Virus record (IMG/VR): IMGVR_UViG_3300043434_000302
Span: 1-58,229 of that record
Source: a virus
Lineage: Duplodnaviria; Caudoviricetes
DNA: 58,229 nucleotides
Direction: 5' to 3' (one strand)
Shown: positions 52,616-58,229 of the stretch, piece after piece
Position numbering within the stretch: position 1 is the first letter of the stretch
How the letters are laid out: each line of letters starts with the position of its first letter
Translations under genes and position numbers: made by a program
The notes under the pieces: model-generated
Told to the model about the DNA's origin: nothing
Seen by the model: only the letters and a program-made list of their open reading frames with translations
The model's database searches: none

Positions 52616-53307
52616 AAGTACGTTACATCCACGATTAAGGCTTGGCCGTTGTTGTCGATTGCGGCGTTGTTATCTCGAGACGCAAGTGACCTTTGGTCAA
52701 CCGTCAACGTCACAGATCCGGTGTTGTTCTTCACGTATACTGATGACGTTGGTATTTCGTACAGGGCTTCGCCACGGTTATTTACGCCCAAAAACACAGA
52801 GGCATCTTCCCATCCAAGTTGCGCAGACGGAATGACGGCATAGTTTCTGCTCGCGCTTAGGCTAATAGTTCCGCCGCCATATCCACGGGTGACGTTGATC
52901 AACTCTCTGATTGCCATTGGCTTGGTGCTGAGGCTAAAGGCGATTGTCCCACTTGGTGTGTAGATATCGAAGCCAGCGCCGTTGCTTTGACCTTGAACGG
53001 CAGGCTCGAACCGATACCAGTTAACAACCGTACCAATAGGACCAAGTACCCATATGCGGTAGTTACGTGTAGTTCCATTTAGCCATTGTCGGCGTATATG
53101 CACACCGGCTGTGTCGCAGCGGAATGCGTAGAGGGAGTAAGCATCTACGGTAAAAGATGCCACGACGGTGCTGCCGTATATCACTCCCTGCGCAATTATG
53201 TTGCTACTCGTCGTAACAGTACCAGAGCCGGTACAGTTGTAGTGAATTCCTTCGCCGTCAATTTGGATTGCGCCGGAATTGTTGTAGATCGTCATGCCTG
53301 CTGGCAT
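52612..53307 (-). CDS. tail tip-associated protein
   Basis: Two G..IYN..G repeats; follows the tip protein. Confidence 0.55.
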   Translation of the reverse strand: MPAGMTIYNNSGAIQIDGEGIHYNCTGSGTVTTSSNIIAQGVIYGSTVVASFTVDAYSLYAFRCDTAGVHIRRQWLNGTTRNYRIWVLGPIGTVVNWYRFEPAVQGQSNGAGFDIYTPSGTIAFSLSTKPMAIRELINVTRGYGGGTISLSASRNYAVIPSAQLGWEDASVFLGVNNRGEALYEIPTSSVYVKNNTGSVTLTVDQRSLASRDNNAAIDNNGQALIVDVTYL

Positions 53308-53588
53308 CAGCGCACTCCGTAAATTAGCGTTCCAGACACAGGAACCGACGACCAGCTCATGGTCGATCCACTAAATGTCACGGATGGCATTGTGGTTGGG
53401 CCAGTAACAGCCTCCTCTGTCGATGGTATCCACACGAAGAAAGGTGTTCCGCTTTGCAGAAGTACGTTCGTTGTTGATCCAGCAGTGTTTGCGGCAACGG
53501 CTGCGGAGCCTGCGAGACGGCCAAGCCAATCACCAAGATCAACTAACAGACGACCCTGATCGTCCCACACCTGCAGGCCTTGCGGCAT
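53307..53588 (-). CDS. small tail tip-associated protein
   Basis: MPQGLQVWD..G.L.VD...GTPF...YGVR. Confidence 0.6.
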   Translation of the reverse strand: MPQGLQVWDDQGRLLVDLGDWLGRLAGSAAVAANTAGSTTNVLLQSGTPFFVWIPSTEEAVTGPTTMPSVTFSGSTMSWSSVPVSGTLIYGVR

Positions 53589-54901
53589 TACCAGACACCC
53601 ATACGAACACGCATAGTGCCGTTTGCGTCATAGACCCTGATCTGATTGCTTTCAATCTCGAGCCTTGCGCCAGACGCTGCAGTGCGCAGAAGGCCAATGT
53701 TTGCAGTGATGGCTGAAAGGCTGTTTGCTACGATCTTGTCTGCGTTGACGCTAACGATCTTTGCGGATTCGATGGTGGCGTTGCCGATCTTGGCATTCGT
53801 GATCGAGCCGTTTTGGATCGTTGCAGAATCTATGTAGACACCAGCCGGAACACTAACGCCATTTACTGTTGTCGTCGTTGTTGTAACGATGAACGGCGTC
53901 TTTGGCGGAATGCTTGGTCCAGATGGGCTGGAAATTGAAAAGCGATCTGCGCGGACAATGAAGCTTGAAAATGGCGTTGCATTGTTTGCTGTCGACGCAA
54001 GACCAAAACCTGAGACGTATCCATTGGTATCTATCTTTACTGTGTACTGAGCATTAAGTCCGTTGGTAGTCGAAGTCAGCGTCTGGATTGAAGTCGTGTT
54101 GCCACTGACCGTTGAGGTCAACTGGCTGATTGATGTCGCTTGATTAGCCGTTGTTGTCTGGAGGTTAGTAATGTTGCTTTCAGCGACTCCAGTACGTGTG
54201 CCAAGAGAAGTAATCTGTGTGGCCTGCGATGCGTTCACATCCTGAACACTTATAATGGCGGAGCCGTTTGCAGTTATCTGTGTCTGCAAGTCAGTCTGCA
54301 CTGCGTTAAGGCGTGCATTTACGCTTCCTGTTAGCGTGCTCGCGCCATCAATGAGATTGATGCGAGTTCCAAGCGTTGAATAAAGCTGGGACTCCGTAAT
54401 AGAATTGGTTAGCAGGTCCAGAATGAACTGTGTATTTGGTAACGTAACTCCCACAACGCCAGCAGATTGGCTTGTAGCAGACTCGATTCCATTTTCGTTT
54501 ACGTTAGCTATCCAGTAGTAGTACGTCTTACTTGATCCAACTAAGTCCGAATAAATCCGTCCTTCGATGTTTGCCAATACCTCTGCGTCAGCAAAGACGT
54601 TTGTGTTTGAGCGATAGATGCGAGTGTTGCTGTGACCTACGTAGTCTACGTAGTCCCACGTCAGAACAACGGTCTCGAATGCTCCATCCGCTTGAAGGTT
54701 AGTTGGGACGGACGGAGCTTGCACTTCACCTGTAGCAGTACTGCTACCGACATTAATTCCATTGCGTTCAAAGAAGCCAGCGCTGCGCATGTCGGCAACG
54801 GTAACAGCACTATCCTCGACGCTCTCAACCCTCTGGCGAACAGCTTCAAGAAAACGCCTAGTCTCCGGATCTCCTTTAATAGGAGTCTTTGGTAAGCTCA
54901 C
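53588..54901 (-). CDS. tail tip fibre protein (FN3-like + coiled coil + DUF1983-like)
   Basis: PTNL.A.G.F..V.LTWD, YTVKID.NG.VSGFGL, F.VRADRF, VYID.A.I.NGSITNAKI and RVRMG.W. Confidence 0.75.
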   Translation of the reverse strand: MSLPKTPIKGDPETRRFLEAVRQRVESVEDSAVTVADMRSAGFFERNGINVGSSTATGEVQAPSVPTNLQADGAFETVVLTWDYVDYVGHSNTRIYRSNTNVFADAEVLANIEGRIYSDLVGSSKTYYYWIANVNENGIESATSQSAGVVGVTLPNTQFILDLLTNSITESQLYSTLGTRINLIDGASTLTGSVNARLNAVQTDLQTQITANGSAIISVQDVNASQATQITSLGTRTGVAESNITNLQTTTANQATSISQLTSTVSGNTTSIQTLTSTTNGLNAQYTVKIDTNGYVSGFGLASTANNATPFSSFIVRADRFSISSPSGPSIPPKTPFIVTTTTTTVNGVSVPAGVYIDSATIQNGSITNAKIGNATIESAKIVSVNADKIVANSLSAITANIGLLRTAASGARLEIESNQIRVYDANGTMRVRMGVW

Positions 54902-56577
54902 TGGAATTCCTCCGGCGACTCCGCAATCAGCACTTGGTTCACATCATTAGAACCAGTGATACGGAACTGAAATTCTTTTGAAAGATAGCCAGACGGTAGG
55001 CGGAACATGGATCCGCTTGTCACAGACTGCGTGTGCTTTTGTACGCCATCGGCGTATAGCGTGAAGGTTACCGGATAAGCTTCCGCATCAACGATTCCGC
55101 AGGATGGGTTGATGGGCTTCTCCATCCGCACTTCTTTTGACTGCCATATATATGGTGACGCAGATCCTGCATCGAACTTGCGGACAGTACTGACCCCTGC
55201 TGTTTCGATCACTAGATACAGAGCATCGTCTGTCGGATCGTTATAACCGGCCTTGGCGTAGTAGTTTAGGGTTGAGATCTGTGGGTACTCACCGCGACCG
55301 TCGAAGACGTAACCGCCGCTCTGGGCTCCGTTCTGCCAGAAGAAGATGTACCGACCTTCGTAATGGTAGCCGTGAATGCTCGATGGGTTCAGGGCCTGCC
55401 ACTGGTCGCGTGTGAAGATTCCTTCAGTGATTAGGCTAACGCCACTCTCTCCCGCCGCCACAATCCCGTCAGGCGAGGCATACAGCGCAACCTCGCCCAT
55501 GTCGGCTATAGACCTACCAGAGACGCAAGCTTGGTTGTTGTCGATCTCTGTAGCCGTCATAGCAGCAGGTGAGGATCCAGTCATCAGGACAGGCTTACCT
55601 GTCGTCATAACCATCAAGCCAATGCTGATACTGGCGAGGCCAACGACTCGAGACTTAGTAGTCAACGAGTAGGCTTTGGGAAATGCATGAGGAAGGTATG
55701 CTTCAGAGAAAAATACAGACCGTCCAGAGAAACCTGCAAGAATGCCGTTGGGCATCGACGTCAGCCCAAGCATGGGGCCGTCAGGATGGTTACCAGTGTT
55801 CTCGTCAGGCGGAGGATTCCAATTGGTCGATGGAATTATTTCTCCCAGATCTTCGTCTAAGATTGCGTCGGTAGTCGACGTGGCGCTGTACGCCATATCC
55901 TTAACGAACTGGAACTCTCCGTTTACGTTGGTGCGGTAGACACGGCGAAGGGCTGGCTTCGATACGGTGTTGTAGATATGGGCTGGGACAGCTCCTGTCA
56001 TCGATATCGTTACAGTCTCCCCTGTTTTTACCTCGATGATAGAAGAGGCAGGAGAAGGACCAGACTCCTCGCCAAGACCCGACACCCACGTATAAACGTA
56101 AGAGCGAGACAGTGCGGTGATCGTGGCGTCGGTTATCGGTGTCGTTACTGAAACAGTAGGCGCGTCCGTAGGTGTAGGCACGCCAAGCTTTCGAGTTACC
56201 GAAGGCTCATATGTAGGCGCAACAGATCCAGTGACCTCAGTACCAATCGCCATGCGAGGAAATAGCTGACCCGTCCAATACAGACGGTCGTATGGATCTT
56301 CAGCAATTGGCGATGGAACGGCGTGGACATCTGTGGTCCACACAAGCCAGTAAGAATTGCCCTGCCGGTCGCGATGTTTGTAGATCGTGCGAGTGGTGTT
56401 TGGAACAACGAAAGCGACGTTGTTGTGGTCAAGTCCAGCAAGAGGAGCACGCCAAGCAGATAGACGGCCAGAATCAAAGCGTGCGTTCTCAGCAATCGTT
56501 GCCGCTGTGTCCGGCAATAGGCGCGAAGAAACTTGAGGTAACACACCACCAAACGTCTGCAGTTTAATACTAGCCAT
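54898..56577 (-). CDS. tail nozzle/stabilisation protein
   Basis: F.G..P....LLP...A..A.N; RSYVYTWV...EES.PSP; FSE.YLPHA.P; CVS.RS; YASPDG. Confidence 0.75.
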   Translation of the reverse strand: MASIKLQTFGGVLPQVSSRLLPDTAATIAENARFDSGRLSAWRAPLAGLDHNNVAFVVPNTTRTIYKHRDRQGNSYWLVWTTDVHAVPSPIAEDPYDRLYWTGQLFPRMAIGTEVTGSVAPTYEPSVTRKLGVPTPTDAPTVSVTTPITDATITALSRSYVYTWVSGLGEESGPSPASSIIEVKTGETVTISMTGAVPAHIYNTVSKPALRRVYRTNVNGEFQFVKDMAYSATSTTDAILDEDLGEIIPSTNWNPPPDENTGNHPDGPMLGLTSMPNGILAGFSGRSVFFSEAYLPHAFPKAYSLTTKSRVVGLASISIGLMVMTTGKPVLMTGSSPAAMTATEIDNNQACVSGRSIADMGEVALYASPDGIVAAGESGVSLITEGIFTRDQWQALNPSSIHGYHYEGRYIFFWQNGAQSGGYVFDGRGEYPQISTLNYYAKAGYNDPTDDALYLVIETAGVSTVRKFDAGSASPYIWQSKEVRMEKPINPSCGIVDAEAYPVTFTLYADGVQKHTQSVTSGSMFRLPSGYLSKEFQFRITGSNDVNQVLIAESPEEFQ

Positions 56578-56694
56578 CTATAAGCCTATCTGCTTACCTC
56601 CTCACCTCCATGCATGGAGAGGCGTTAAATTAAGTTTCTATTTTATCTAATGCTTCATCGCTAATGATGAGCCAAAAAGCAAGTTAGATCACTT

Positions 56695-57054
56695 CTATGC
56701 CGCAGTTACATCGGTTACCTGTTCCCATGCCAATGCAGCTTCGTCCCAAAGGTACAGATTTCCGTCATCAGGACGTGGCGTTGGAGCATCCCAAAGGCAA
56801 GTGTCATCGTTTAGTATCCATGACGGAAATGGCTGTGGCGCGTAAAAAGCATCGCGATCTGCGTCATAGGTGAAACCAATGCCAGCATAGTTCATACGCA
56901 GCGGACGGCCTTCTGGATGCTGACCGCCATAAGTGTTGTATGATGTCTGCACCCAAAGCGATGGGTCGCCAAATGCGCCTGTATCGATAACGTCCTGTTC
57001 AATGACCAGAACCTCTGTGACGGTGCCGTCAATAACTTTTGCAAAATGTGTCAT
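56695..57054 (-). CDS. tail fibre-associated small protein
   Basis: HFAK...WVQTSYN...R.NYAGIG.TYD...DAF..PQPFPSW motifs; follows a Gly-rich fibre. Confidence 0.7.
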   Translation of the reverse strand: MTHFAKVIDGTVTEVLVIEQDVIDTGAFGDPSLWVQTSYNTYGGQHPEGRPLRMNYAGIGFTYDADRDAFYAPQPFPSWILNDDTCLWDAPTPRPDDGNLYLWDEAALAWEQVTDVTAA

Positions 57055-57063
57055 GATGTTTCC

Positions 57064-58102
57064 TTAGAATGTAATCGTGCCAGATGATGTGAATTTGTAA
57101 ATCGTGTTAATCCCTGATGTTGTAATTGTTGGTGAGCCTGTGGTTGAAGCTGCCACAATAGGGGTTGAGACAATTACCACACCAGAGCCTCCATTTGCGT
57201 TAGAACCAGCGCCGCCACCTAAGTTTGTGCCGCCATTAGTTCCAACTCCCGAAGAGCCATTACCGCCGCCGCCAACGCCACCTACACCAGAGCCGTAATC
57301 GGCTCCACCAGCACCACCGCCAGCATAAAAGATTGAAGTGCCTGTAATTGATGATGCAAGACCCGCGCCACCGTTTTGTGGCGTCCCATTACCCGAACCA
57401 ATTGCTGCTGCGCCAGCACCGCCGCCGCTTCCTCCTGCAATACGGCTAAAATCATCTGCATATGAGCCATTACCCCCAGCATTACCTTGCCCAGCAGTGC
57501 CTGTTCCTCCTCCTCCGAGCCACCAGCCTCCGCCACCAGAACCACCATTTCCAGCAGCTCCGCCGCCACCGCCGCCGCCGCCACCTACCGCAGAAGTTAC
57601 TCCCGTAAGTGTAGAATTAGCGCCATTTGAACCAGCAAGGTCGCCTGACCCAGTGGCTGCAGTTCCGCCAGCGCCAACAGTAACTGTGAGTGTTGAACCG
57701 ATAGGTATAGCAGTTGCACCGCTTACGAAGCCACCTCCACCGCCACCGCCGCCGCCGCGACCTTGGCTGGAATATCTCCCGCCGCCACCACCGCCTGCGA
57801 CTACCAAGTAAGATAGCAATGCGTTGGTCAATGCCCCAAACGTGGAAACCCAAGAATTTGTCGCGGTTTTAAGTAGTTGTAGGGATGTATTTGGCACTAT
57901 GATAGGCGCGGACAAAGCTGTCCCGTTACCGTTTACGTAAATTGATAAACCAGATGCGCCCAAAAGTATGTTGTTTGTCCCAAAGTTCACAATCGTAATC
58001 ACCGTCCCAATCGGAAACGCAACTGATGCGTGGGTCGGAATTGTGATGGTTTGTGAACCAGTATTGGTGGAATAGATTTGCCTGCCTGCGTCCCCAAGAA
58101 CT
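57064..58102 (-). CDS. 3' part of the junction-spanning Gly-rich tail fibre-like protein
   Basis: Continues from 254..1; YLVVAGGGGGG...GGSGVVI...YKFTSSGTITF. Confidence 0.85.
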
Positions 58103-58229
58103 AGCGTGTAGTTTCCGTTTTGGACGTTCTGCGGGTATTCAACAGCACCTGATGGAGCCGCGCCAGATACCCAGCCAGTTCCGTCACTTGTCAGGACGTT
58201 ACCCGCTGCGCCCGATGATGTAAGCCCAG
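58103..58229. repeat. 127-bp terminal overlap (right copy)
   Basis: Identical to bases 1-127. Confidence 0.97.

Noticed and set aside
56580-56694. Hairpins between the fibre-associated gene and the nozzle gene as a ribozyme
   Set aside because: Palindromes exist (CTCCATGCATGGAG; TCATC/GATGA), but there is no catalytic core and no second copy to support a specific call.
58103-58229. Biological direct terminal repeat
   Set aside because: 127 bp equals a common assembler k-mer length and the repeat falls mid-gene; an assembly overlap is the simpler explanation.

Overview
The window is a complete, circularly assembled tailed-phage genome: 58,102 bp unique, with bases 1-127 repeated exactly at 58103-58229. 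The phage is probably short-tailed, and an alphaproteobacterial host is inferred but not shown. A long minus-strand late operon runs from about 19 kb down through the junction to 39.8 kb. It encodes TerS, lysis genes, TerL, portal, scaffold, capsid, adaptors, three Gly-rich fibres, nozzle/tip, ejection proteins and a 3101-aa polyvalent protein. A plus-strand early region (19.1-28.3 kb) holds small ORFs, ArdC and a class II ribonucleotide reductase. A minus-strand replication module (28.3-35.9 kb) has an initiator with internal iterons, primase-helicase, MazG-like, DUF5664, Ref-like, HNH and resolvase genes. A plus-strand recombination module (36.3-39.7 kb) has Sak, YqaJ, RHH, SSB-like, CsrA-like and tyrosine recombinase genes. 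There is one tRNA-Trp. The most striking element is the early array at 19.1-22.2 kb, where 8 of 9 gene junctions carry a structured RNA: four type II hammerhead ribozymes with a covarying pseudoknot (two are identical 62-bp repeats flanking one gene), three copies of an unrecognised CCAGAC-[stem-loop]-GCGAGGAUG hairpin (plus a leader variant) and one UUCG hairpin. All family assignments come from motif recognition by eye; no searches or folding programs were run.
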